From assembly GCA_037447605.1 (NCBI GenBank), contig CM074804.1, positions 1,798,001 through 1,862,000 of the forward strand: a stretch of DNA of 64,000 bases, given 5' to 3'. This document shows, piece by piece, positions 1 to 19,511 of the stretch. The DNA comes from Zygnema circumcarinatum SAG 698-1b (Eukaryota > Plantae > Zygnematophyceae). The notes under the pieces were generated by a model that was given only the letters and a program-made list of their open reading frames with translations, searched no databases and was not told where the DNA came from. A program made the position numbers and the translations under genes. Within the stretch, counting starts at the first letter, position 1. Every line of letters starts with the position of its first letter.

Positions 1-198
1 GGAGAGAGCGAGTGCATTGTTGCAAGACTGCGTGATTTTAGGGTTTTGGTGAATTCCTCTTCTCTCGTAGCACCGCCTCCCACAGAAGCTTCGAAATTAG
101 GGCAAATCCTTCAAGAAGACTCTCCCACCCCGCTACCTTCTAACAATTTTTTAGGGTTTCCAGATTTTCTCACTCCGATTCCTCCTCTCCCTCCCTCC

Positions 199-3100
199 AT
201 GGCGATGACGCTGACGTCACAGGGTGTCGGGGCAGCGCCATGGCTCGGCGCCAGCCTGGCGTCTCGGGGCACTCGAGCTGCTGACACGTGTCCCTCCGAC
301 CCCCCCTCCCGCCTCTCCTTGTACAGCGAGTTCTACGGATCTCCTTCTCTCCCGACGGAAAAGTCCGCCGCCGTCGCCACCTTGTCCGCCTCTCCGTTAT
401 CCCTCCCCACGGAGAAGCACCGGCAGCGAACCTCCGTCATCAGTGCTAAAATACGGAAAACGAAACGGGCGCCCATGGATCCCGACTACCCGTGGCCCGA
501 CAAGTACAAGGCAGAGGAGCACGGATTCCTCGCCTTTCTTTCGAAGTTCCACAAGCAGGCCCCGGCCAGGAAGACCAAGCCGGCCACTCTCCCCTTCGAG
601 AGGGAGCTCGTGGACCTGCAGGGCAAGATTGACGAGGTGGGGCCTCAGGGTTCAGGGCTTGGAATTTACTTTTGAGGGCTTTGGAAGGTAGGGTTAGAAT
701 TGGGGTTGATGGAATGTGAGGCCTGGAGGAGGGGGGAGTCTTTAATGGGATTTTTCGGTAATGAAGAAGGGGGGGAGAGGAGGGTTTGGTTCGGGAGGGG
801 GAGAGGGGGGAGAGGGGAGAGAGGGGAGAGAGAGAGAGGAGAGGGGGAGGTTTCTTGGGGTTTTTGAGTTTGGGGTTTCCGAGTACTGGGTTTCTTGGGG
901 TTGCGGTTTCTGGAGGAAATGGGGGGGGAAGAATTGTAGTGTACAATTGGCGTCAGTGGTTTTCTGCAGTGCAATTTCGGCTGCTTAAACTGCTAAAATG
1001 CAGAGCGGAGGGTAGTGGGCGAGAGCGGTAGTGGTAGTGGTAGTGTTAGTAAATTTTCTTCAGACAGATGAGTTTGATAGATTTCTTTCCTTTCTTTCGT
1101 TTCGTCTTTCTTTCCTCTCAATTTTTTTCTTTCTTTCCTTTTCTTTTCAGGTGCGGAGTTTGGCGAAGAAGACGGGAATGGACTTTAGTGAGCAGATTGG
1201 AGACCTTGAGGCGAAATACGAGCAGGTAAAAACAAATTGAAAAAACTGTCCGGAATTTAAAAATCTAGGTCTCTTTTTTAATTTGTATTCACTGAAGGCA
1301 GTTTTTGCAGCTTCCCGAAATTTTGGAGTCTAGAAGTTGCTGTGTTTGAGTTTGGAGGGGCGAGAGAGGGACAGGGAGAGGGTTGGTATGGTGTGATGTT
1401 GAAAATGCCAGAGGGAGGTCATTCAGGAAAGGCAGGAAGGAGAGAAGTACGGTAGGGAGTGGAGTGAGAGCAGAATTGAAGTCTGGGAGGGAGTGAAATT
1501 TGGCGCTCTTCCGCTATCGTTTCGCTTCGTTTCATTCTTTTGAATGCTTATTTCCGAGGCTCCTGATTTATGTCAGTTCCCACTTGTTCAGATTTCTTTT
1601 GGTTTCCTATTAGTGCCTATTTTCTTTGTTTTCTTTGTGCCAATTTAGATAAAGTTGAGAAATCTATCGTGATTAGAAATTTTATTGAGACGAAAGCTGC
1701 TGTCGTGGTTTCAAGATTTTCAGTTCTTGGTAGTTAATTTCTCGGTGTGTGGAACTCTACATTTAGATTGTGAAGTGTGTGGAATGTCTGTAAATGAAGT
1801 AAAGCAATTAACGGGAGTAAGATAGTGGCTCCTTGGAGAAATTTTCATATTTCAATAGATGAGACAGTGGTGAGAGAGAGAGAGAGAGAGACTGGACCAA
1901 AAACGTGAACGAGAAATGAGAAAGAGAATGGAGTGGGAAGAGAGAGAGAGAGAGTCAGCCAGAGCTAAAAGTGAACAGTGGTTGGAGAAATGCACTGGAA
2001 ACATATGCCCTCTTTTTGGGCAGTTTCCTCATCTTCTAAGTTTCATTGGTCAATTCTAAGTTCTATATGTTAATTTACTCTTTCTCTCTCTCGTTCTCTA
2101 TTTCTCTCTTTCCCTTTCTCTCGCTCTCTTTTCTTTCTCTCACTCTCTCTCCGCTCTCTCTCTCCCCCTCTCGCTCTCTCTCCCTTTGTTGGCTAATTTT
2201 TCTTGTGGGGGGGGCTCTAAATTCAGCTGAAGCGAGATATCTACCTCCGCCTCACTCCCGTGCAGCGGCTGGGAGTGGCGAGGCACCCCTACAGGCCCAC
2301 TTTCTTGGACCATGTGCATAACATTACTGATAAGGTGAATATCCACCTTAATCTTTTTCATTTTCTTGAGACAAAGGCGTCTACAACATCTCATCTGTCT
2401 ACCATTTTTCAAATTTCGTCTCACATTGTTCTCATAACAATGTGTGCTCTAGAACGGTGGGATCGTTTGGTTCTCATGGGAGGGTATGAAGGCGTCCCAT
2501 GGTGGATGCTCAATGTCATGTGAAGAATGTGCGCCATGTTCTGGTTTAACTGATTCTGTTCAACGCACGCATGTGAACAGTGGGTGGAACTCCATGGCGA
2601 CCGCGGAGGCTTTGACGACCCCGCGCTCGTGTGCGGGCTTGGACGGATCGACGGAATGTCCTTCATGATGATGGGCCACCAGAAGGGCCGCTCCACCAAG
2701 GAGAATATCGACCGCAATTTCGGGATGCCTACACCGAACGGGTAGGAAGGGAGGGGAGAGGGGAGAGGGCAGAGGGGAAGGGAGGGTTAGAGGGAGGGAG
2801 GAATGTCGGAGCATGAGAAGGGAGGAGGGGGAGGGAGGGGGAGGGAGAGGGAGGGAGAAATGTCGGAGCATGAGAGGAACGACGAAGATGAGGGGGGGGG
2901 GGAAGAGGGGGAGATGGAGCCGGTTGAAGTTTATTTGTAGAGGTAGGCATGTCCTGAGGAACAGTTGGTGAGATTGAGGGAGGCAGATAGCGAGAGAGGT
3001 GGTATGGAGCAGTTCATAAGTTGTAGCCATGGAAAACCAACAGATTGCTCATGCGTCAACTCCTCAACTCTTGACTCTTCTGCCTCTCACTTCTGTATCC

Positions 3101-4989
3101 CCATTGCCCCCCCCTCCCTCTCCAGGTATCGAAAGGCCCTGAGAATGATGAGGCATGCGGACCGCCATGGCTTCCCCATCATCACATTCATCGACACTCC
3201 CGGGGCCTATGCGGGCGTGGAGGCGGAGGAGCTCGGGCAGGTGGGTGGGAGGGAGGAAGGAAGGAAGAAGCTAAGAAACAAAAAAAGAGTTGTTGGAGTT
3301 CAGAAGGAATTTGGAAGAAACATTGAAGCTCATCTGAACATTACACCATTCCCAATGTCGTAATAGTGCAATGATTTCATGATAGAATTATCCACTACCG
3401 TCGACTCACAGTGGCTTGAAATCCTCATGTTTTAAGGAAGGATCTTGGAGGTTTGGGATGCGCAGGGTGAAGCCATTGCCCACAATTTGCGCGAAATGTT
3501 CGGCCTTCGTGTTCCGTCCATTTCCGTGGTCATCGGAGAGGGCGGGTCAGGAGGGGCGCTGGCAATTGGATGCTGCAACAAAATGCTCATGTTGGAAAAC
3601 GCCGTCTATTTTGTGGCTAGGTGAGCTATATGTCACTTGCACTGAGAGAGAAAGAGAGGGTTAAGAGGGAGAGCGTTCGAGGGGGAAAGGGAGAAAGATG
3701 AAATCGGGCTGTTGAAGTAGTCAAATGCAATTGTACATTACGTGTGAGCCGGAAATGTGGATCGGTTCTGTTTTACGGATTTGGCTTTCTATGTCGCGAT
3801 GCAGTCCGGAGGCATGTGCTGCGATTCTGTGGAAAACGGCAAAGGCAGCTCCAAAGGTGAGGCTTCAGAGCAATATGGGTTTTTTGTGTGTAAAAATTAC
3901 TTCTCAGGTAAAAGGCAACTTGGAGGGAGGGAAGAGCGGGAGGCGCAGAGAGGGAGAAAGAGAGAGAGATAGAAAGTGATGCTGCTTGTGTTTACACGTG
4001 GCTAACCCTAATTTCTGTTTTACTGAAACTGCAGGCCACTGATGCTCTGAAGATCACCGGTGTCGAGCTTCAAAAGCTAAATGTGGTCGACGAAGTCATT
4101 CCAGTACGCTTCCTGCCCTTCCAATAAACTCTAAAATTCAATTGGTCTCTGCGTCCTAACAGCATTAGTGCTCAGAATTTCTTCAACTTCAGGTTTGGCT
4201 CAAAAGGCGTGAAACAGAAATTTTCAACTTTTTCATACTCAGTGTCCCTGGCGCTGGCCCTTCTATTGAAACCTTTTTTGAATGTTTCTGCTATGAAGAA
4301 ACTGGATTTTCAACGCATAGTTGCTGACTCTCAGAGATTGCATGAGTTAGCTGAAAAGACTCACCATTACGCCCACTCCGTCTCCCTCTCTCTTCCACCC
4401 CGCCACCCTCCTCCGTATCCCCCTCCCTTCCCTGTCTCCCTCTCCTTCCCCCTCCCCTTCCCCCTCCCCTTCCCCCTCTCCCTCTCTCTCTCTCTCCCCT
4501 CCCTCCCCCTCTGTGCAGGAACCCTTGGGAGGCGCTCACGCTGACCCAGCCATGGCTTCACTCAACATCAAGGAGGCAGTCATGAGGCACATGAAGGTAA
4601 CCCTAAATCTCCCCTCACCCCAATAAACTTCCAATCCTTCCATCTGTCCCTCACAGACCAACTTTCCCTTTTTGCCTCCATACCTTTCCTCTCACTTGCT
4701 ATTTCTCCCCCTTCTTTTCCCCCTTCTGCAGGAGCTGCTGGCCATGGATGAGAGGCAGCTCATAGCCCACCGCGTAGCCAAGTTCCGGCAAATGGGAGGG
4801 TTTATCGACGCGGAGACCGTGAACCCTCACATTCAGCGCTCGCTCAAGAAGAGGGAGCGCGCGGCGGAGCCTCCCAGCAGGACACGTGTCCTCCCCGCCG
4901 GCATCTCCGCGCTCGACTCCAAAATGTTTGCCCAAGACGCGAACTCCGTCGCCGTCAACGTGACGTCATCGAGCCACATGCAGAACTAG
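199..4989 (+). CDS. accA: Plastid acetyl-CoA carboxylase carboxyltransferase alpha subunit (about 10 exons)
   Basis: Spliced exons (approx. 199-636, 1151-1225, 2227-2333, 2581-2741, 3126-3240, 3467-3620, 3805-3856, 4035-4103, 4519-4596, 4732-4989) give AccA motifs: [96 protein letters not shown]. The N-terminus is Ser/Ala-rich, like a transit peptide. Confidence 0.95.
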
Positions 4990-6139
4990 GGGTGGTGTTC
5001 ACACTGCAACGACAGCAGGGGGCAGCAGTTAGGGGACTGACCGGGAGGAGAGGGAGAGGGTGAGAGAGGGAAAGAAAGAGGGAGAGAGAGGGGAGAAGAG
5101 AGAGGGGGGGGTATACATAGGATTGGCCGGTCAGTGAGTGGGGTCGCAAGACTAGAAAAAAAAAAGAAAAAGAACAAGGGAAAAAAAAGAGTATATTTTG
5201 GTAGTTTTTGCTTCTGTATAATTATTAGTATTAACCTGCTTTTTTGGTGGGGGGAAGGGAGGGAGGGAGGGAGAGGACGCAGGGGGAGAGGAGTTAGGAC
5301 TAGGGCTTTAGAGATTTAGGGTTTGGACGAGCAATTGAACAGAATGGGCCGCCGTCACATGCAACGGACGATGCATGCAAACTCGCTGTCCGTGGGCTCC
5401 AAAGGATTTTTTTTTTTTCCGGCCTGCGTAAATTTTTCTTATTTGTCGAAAGCCCGAGCCTGTCCCGTCCTCTGATTGGAGGTGGAAGTTTTTAGTAATT
5501 GAGTTCGAATTTCAGATGCATGAAAATAATTCCAAGTCTGTCCTCCCAGGGACCAATGATCCTTTTCTGGAATCCAAAGACGCGGCCGGACGTACTCGGA
5601 TTGAAAGGGACCAGGTTTGGAATTTCCTTTCCTGGCTTTATAGCAACGCCACGTGGCCGTCCGTCCAGTGGTTTTGGCCCTGCCCGTGGCCGCGGGCAGC
5701 CCGGCCCTACGCCCGAATGAAAAGGCCCAACCATCTTAAACAGAGAATTGCCAGGCATGAAATCGAGTCCGCCCTGCTACCTACCTCGTGGCGTTCCTCT
5801 GGCCGACGATTCTCCAAATAACATATCGACCGTCCATGTTTAACGAAATCGACGGCTCAAATTCGTCCCGAGCACGATCGACGGCCAGATTTTAACCTCA
5901 ACTAACCGTTGCGCAGAGTATGACATCATCCGTAACTTTCACTACCGTATCATGACGTATGAAATTGTACGAATGGATGTGCCGTACACCAAAAGCGACA
6001 AACATTATGTACGGTATGCCAAATCCACAACCCCGGGCCCTGAACCCCCGCCCTCATCCCCCCCGCCCTGAACCCTCCAAAGCCCCAAACCCTAAAAAAA
6101 TTCGTCCTCTCGGCCCCATTCTTGCGTCCTCCTCCCTCC

Positions 6140-6825
6140 ATGGCAGCCATGGCGGCTTCTCTCACCCTCCCCACTCCCACCTCCCTGTCTCTCCCCACGC
6201 CACGTCTCACCTCCTCCGCCACCGGAATTAGGGTTTCCGCCTTCCCCCTGTCCAGCCATGGCGCCTTCGCCTCCCCTGACTTCTGCTCTCTGGCCATGGC
6301 GGCTCACGGAGGAAGCTTCGCTGCAGCTTCCTCCCCCTCCCGCGGAGTTGTACGGATGGGCGCCACTGAGGCCGGCATTGGCCTCTTTGGGAACAAGGTT
6401 GGCATGATGACCTTCTTCACCGAGAAGGGGAAGGCGCTGCCCTGCACCGTCATCGGCGTCAATCGAGGGAACGTTGTGACTCTGGTGAAGACGGAGGAGA
6501 CGGATGGGTACTCGGCGGTGCAGGTCGGCTATGGCGAAATTAAGGCTCGGAAACTGAACAGGCCGGAAATGGGGCATTTGAGGAAGGCTTTGGGAGGGGC
6601 GGGGGAGGGAGAAGGAGAGGGAGAGGGAGAGGGAGAGAGGGAGGGGGAGGAGATGGGGCTGCGGCATTTGGAGGAGTTTCGGTTGCTGTCCGTGGGCGAG
6701 TACTCTCCAGGGCAGCAGCTGAATATGGAGGAGATGTTTAAGGAGGGAGATTTGGTGGACGTGTCAGGGACCAGCATTGGAAAGGGGTTCCAAGGTGGGT
6801 TGTCCCTCTCTTTCTCTCGTCCTCC

Positions 6826-6879
<54 letters not shown>

Positions 6880-8088
6880 CTCGCTCGCTCTCGCTCGCTC
6901 TCACTCCATCCCTCCAGTTTTTCACCTTCGTACCTACACGCTGGAGTCTTCCTATCACTCTGCCCTCCCCTCCTCTTCCTCTCTCTATCTAGCTCCCCTC
7001 TCTCTTGCCCTCTCTGTCTCTGTCTCTCACACAGACTCTCTACGCGACTTTCTTACAGGCATGCTATATTGCACCTGGTCTACCGCCCTGGACTGTTTAT
7101 TGTGTATGTGCATGAATTATACGAACAAAGTCGATGCAGGGGTGTCTGTTTTGTGGCTGCCAATTCAGCTGTAAAGGTGTAGGGAATGTTGAGATTATGC
7201 ATTTGTATGCGTTTTAGGTCAGTAAGCACTCCCACGATATCCGATGTTTTTTTCATTGTCTGCATTAAGAAACAAGTCACGCACTCTGGGAATGATTGAA
7301 TTGAGTTGAGTTACTTCTGAAGAAGTGTCTATTCTTTATTCTTCCATTGATTTCGATCATTTTGATGTATGTTTTTGCTAAAAGTTTCTGCAGGCGCCTC
7401 CCATTTTCTATTCAGAAAAAATGGCGGTTTTTAGGGGTGTTTTCTCCTTAATTGAACTCTAGTCCCAAAAGTTTGTTACTTTTGTATTTGGAATGGCGAT
7501 CAGATCGCCTTTTCTTGTCCATCTGTACAGCCGAGGTGTTGCGGGATGTCTGATCTACATATTGTCTACGCATAAAATGGGCATGATCTATGTATGGTAT
7601 GGTGTGTATGGTATTTGTTTTTATGCTGTAAATTATCTATGATCTATGTATGGTATGCCCTCTATGAGTCTTTGTTAGAAGATATATACTATCTATTTAC
7701 GGTGTGTTGTATGTATGTATGCACATATGTACGGATGATGATGTATGTATAATGTATTAATATGTGATGTATGTCTGTATGCTTTTGTCTTCTTGCAGGA
7801 GGTATCAAGGCCCACAACTTCGCCCGAGGAGCAATGACTCACGGTTCGAAGAGTCACAGGCAGCTCGGAAGTATCGGAGCAGGAACCACTCCCGGGCGCG
7901 TCTATCCGGGAAAGAAGATGCCCAAGCGGTTGGGAAATGACAAGGTGAAGATCCGCAAGCTAGTGGTAGTGAAGGTGGACACCGAGCTCTCCACCATCAT
8001 TGTGAAGGGCTCCGTTCCAGGCAAGATCGGGAACCTGCTCAGAATTACACCTGCTAAGATGGTGGGAAAGAACATTCCGAAGAATTGA
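6140..8088 (+). CDS. RPL3: Plastid 50S ribosomal protein L3 (2 exons: 6140-6794, 7799-8088)
   Basis: uL3 motifs [42 protein letters not shown]|[34 protein letters not shown] and KGSVPG. Transit-peptide-like N-terminus and a canonical GT-AG intron. Confidence 0.95.
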
Positions 8089-9550
8089 GAAGGGGGAGGA
8101 GAGGGAGAGAAGGAGAGAGAGGGGGGGAGGGGGAGAGGGTCATTTTTATTGAGAGCAGGAGGAGTTCTGCCCACTCTAATTACGAGTTGGTCTTTGTAGG
8201 CGTCATGAGTTCGTTCGGTTAGGGTTGTAGTGGCCATCAGGAAGTTTAGGGTTTATAAAGAGCTTTGTAAAGTTCTTGGTATTTTTCAGCTCGCACATGT
8301 CATGCAGGAAATTCTAATGTGAATTCTTGGGCCGTTTTTTCAACCAACGATGGAGTTTCTCAACATTACAATTCAGTGAGAGATGATGAACTGCTTTTTG
8401 GAAAAAGCCCAAAATATTTCTGATTGACAGTTTGAAGTGTGGTTGGGCTGGGGCCGAACGTCATCGGTGGTACAGTTTAGTTTAATTGTAAGCAACTATC
8501 TAATGTTTTTCGCCATGTACACAATTCTGAATCGATTTTGCTGAAGTTGCGAGCCCTCGTTGGCGATTGCTTACATTAAACTTAACCAGACCCGAAGTTC
8601 AGCCTTTAGGGTTCGTCCCATGGTCCAACTTTCTTCAACTTCTTCAACTTTGCTGATGTGATCTCGCACTTGCGGACGGTTGAAGATGAGCAGTTGATCG
8701 TTTTGGAGTGTGCAAAGCTCTGTCGCAGTTCTCCGGAGCGTCATCCGCTGAAGGAAGCCGAACCGTGAAAAACAAAAAGACCACTTAGACTATCACTATG
8801 ATTCAAAATGACCTAATACGAAAGCTGAACCCATACAGAGCGCACAAGAAGCCCTGACTGACCATTGTACACGAAACTGTATAAAAACAGCCAGTCTGTA
8901 ACTTGGAAAACTCTAATGATCATTCCGACGATTCCTTTCATTCCATTGCGACTACATTGGACGTGGTAAAGTGCGCACTGATGTTGAATTCCTAAAATGT
9001 GAAACTTTTCTTGAGCCTGTAGGCGCTCTAATTGGTGGGGCCAGACTTCGCTTGTCACCATATGGAATTTGTTTTTGGAAAGTGATACGTCAGATTTCCC
9101 CATTACTAGCAGAAAAACAAAAACAACGTCGACCACAATCTCACAAATATCACGGTAAATATAACAAGCTGAGTCCCTCCACTGGAAGAAAACCTCCATG
9201 AAAAGTTCATTTAAAATCGTTACTGTACAGGCCAACATTCAATCCCCCGTCGAACACACCCTAAAAACAAAATTTTATTCGAAAGAAACCACTAGAAGCC
9301 TCCTTGTAGATATTAATCCCTGCTATAATAAGAATTTCAATATAGGGATAATATATCCTAGATCTCAGGGTACACTCGTGCGATAGGAATCATCCTAGGA
9401 GGAAAAAACAGGAAGAAAAAATGCAGTAAAGAATTGGGAGAGGATCGAATGACCCTCTCCCTCTCCCTCTCCCGCTCGCTCCCTCCCCCCCTTCCCTCCG
9501 TTAGAATGTGGGGAGGGATGGGGGACAGGGCAAAGTCGAATAGCGACAGT

Positions 9551-17066
<7,516 letters not shown>

Positions 17067-18573
17067 TGCTCCCTCCCTCTCTCACTCTCTTTCTCCCTCT
17101 CTCCTTATCTATCTCGTTCTTTCTCTCTCTCTCTCTCTCCCTCTTTTTCACTCTTCTCTCTCTCTTTCTCTCTCTCTCTCGCTCACATCGTCAACTTGCA
17201 GCACCGCCTCAACTTCAGGAGCCTCCATTGGAGGTCCTCCTGTTAAGTGTGATCCAATCAGATTTTGCCACGTCTGTACAACTTTGGAGGTGGCAGCCCC
17301 TCATTGGCCAAGTCTGCACACATTTTCGTTCATGGAGATCTGCCCACAGTCCTGTTTCCTGCCACAGCCACATGCCCGCAGTTGAACTGTCGTTAAACTT
17401 TCTAAAATAGGGGATTGAGCATAGATCAGGCCCTGGAAGGGGCCGCCCGGATCTGTGCCGATTCGCAGCAAGTGGTCCACAGAGGGCCGCCGCCGCCAGG
17501 GGGACGGGAAAATCGCTTTGACCGGGGAAGTCCGGGTCTGACGTGGTAGGCCGCGATTGGCTGCGGGGCTTCCTGGATGCTTACGCGGCACGTTGGGAAT
17601 GGTCGCAAATCTGTACAGCGAGACGCGAGTCTAACTGGAACAAAATATCTCCAGCCGTGAGACCTCGAAAGAGAATCCGTCCTTTGCAACGATGAATTTC
17701 CCTTTGAATAGCAGCCTTACAATACTGATTAAGAATTTGTCGATTTGGTCGAGTGGAGGCGCTGTATCAATGAGGGCCCTCGGATTTGTCGGCAGGGATG
17801 TGCGCAGATTGGAACCTGTACGGACAAGACATTGTTGTACGAACGCACGAGCCGGGCAGAAAGGCGACAAATAAAATATCGTGTGAGGTAAGAAGGAAAA
17901 AAAAAATATCTCTGAAAAAGGGAAACCAGTTGTAAAGCGGCTTTTTGCTCCTTTTTCTTTTCTTCCTTTCATTTCACTTTTTTTTCTTACCGTTCCATCG
18001 GCAGAAATCGGTTAAATTTTGAAATAAAGGAACAGATCGCCACGTTGGACATAAAATTGACATGGAGCCCTTCTCGGCCCGCCCTCGTGGCCCCAACTGC
18101 GTACCGCCGGGAGGGCGAAAAACGACAAACCTATGGACAGATTCGGTGGGCGCGTGGAAACTCGTGATTGGTCCGGAGGACATTTTATTTTTTTTCGCTC
18201 CAGATTTGGAATCGGACGAAACTCCTTTGCGGAGTTCCTTGAGTTCCACAAACTGGAACAGTCAGTTTTACATTTCGGTGGTTTTCGTCCATGGACCTCC
18301 GTCTTCCAGTTAAACAAATTTCCACGCTATAAAGACATGGACACCGTACAACATTCCGACACAAGTCCAACTCTACCAAGCAGAAAGTAGACTAGACTCA
18401 CAACTCACCTCCATTTTCTATTAATATCACGCACTTCTTGCTTACTTTTTTATTTCTAAAATCCTGTTGCTGAGTTGTAGTCCTGTAGTGTTCAAAAATA
18501 TAAAATGAATATACAAACCAAGATCCACATGTGAGGTCCACCCTCCCTCCCTCCCCCCCTCCCCCCCTCCACG

Positions 18574-19413
18574 TCACCCGTCCAGCTCCCTCCCGCCCGT
18601 GTTCACACTGTCCGCACGGCTGAGCGATCCGCTCGCGAACGCGCGCACGCCCTCGAGGCGCAGCCCCGCGCGGCCCAGCACGCGCTCCAGCTCCACCTCT
18701 AGCGCAGGCCCCTCCCCGCCCCAGGCCCCGGCGGCGGCCCGCCCCGCGTCGACCTCCACCACCGCGCGGCCGCCCGCCAGCACGCGCACGCGCAGGTTCT
18801 CCGCCGCGCCGATTCCAAGGAGCGCCCGCACCTGCGAACTTTCCCACTCGCTCTCTCAAGGCCTCTGCAAAAGTTCGCGTGTTCTCCGGATATTTACAAA
18901 CTTCATGTCGCAGAAGTATTCAATGCTCGAGAGTTTGGAGATGTAGGGTTCAGCGGAGAGTAGGACGAGTTCTATCAATTTGTACACACAGCACTTCTCT
19001 GGGAGTCAAATCTGTGTCTTGGGAGGAGGGAGGGAGGAAGGAGACAGAGAGGGAGGTTGGACTGACCCCTTCTTCCGCAGCTTCCACTTGGGAAAGGGCC
19101 TCTGTGGTCGCAGCCACTCCGAAATCCAGACGGCTTCGAAGGCAAGGAGCTGCTGCAAGCTCCCAATTCGGAAGTGCCACGTGTCGAGCCACAGCCTGCC
19201 ATTACCACGAATGCAAATAAACGAAGTTCAGCACAACTTGGTTCAATTCTGGCGAAAGCAGTCACGCAAACCTAAGCAATAGAAAGCAGTACATATCCAG
19301 TGCGTGAAAAGCCCTCGAAGATCAAGACTTCACGATCCTTGTCTTGACCCCTTCTCTGTCCCTTAAAATCCCTGAAACCCTAGGATCGAGCTCTCCTGGT
19401 CATTGCAAAACTT

Positions 19414-19511
<98 letters not shown>

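Noticed and set aside
8575-8750. Minus-strand acceptor plus a roughly 58-codon open frame as an alternative ZEP last exon
   Set aside because: No recognisable homology, and the 9610-9551 exon already matches the expected ZEP terminus.
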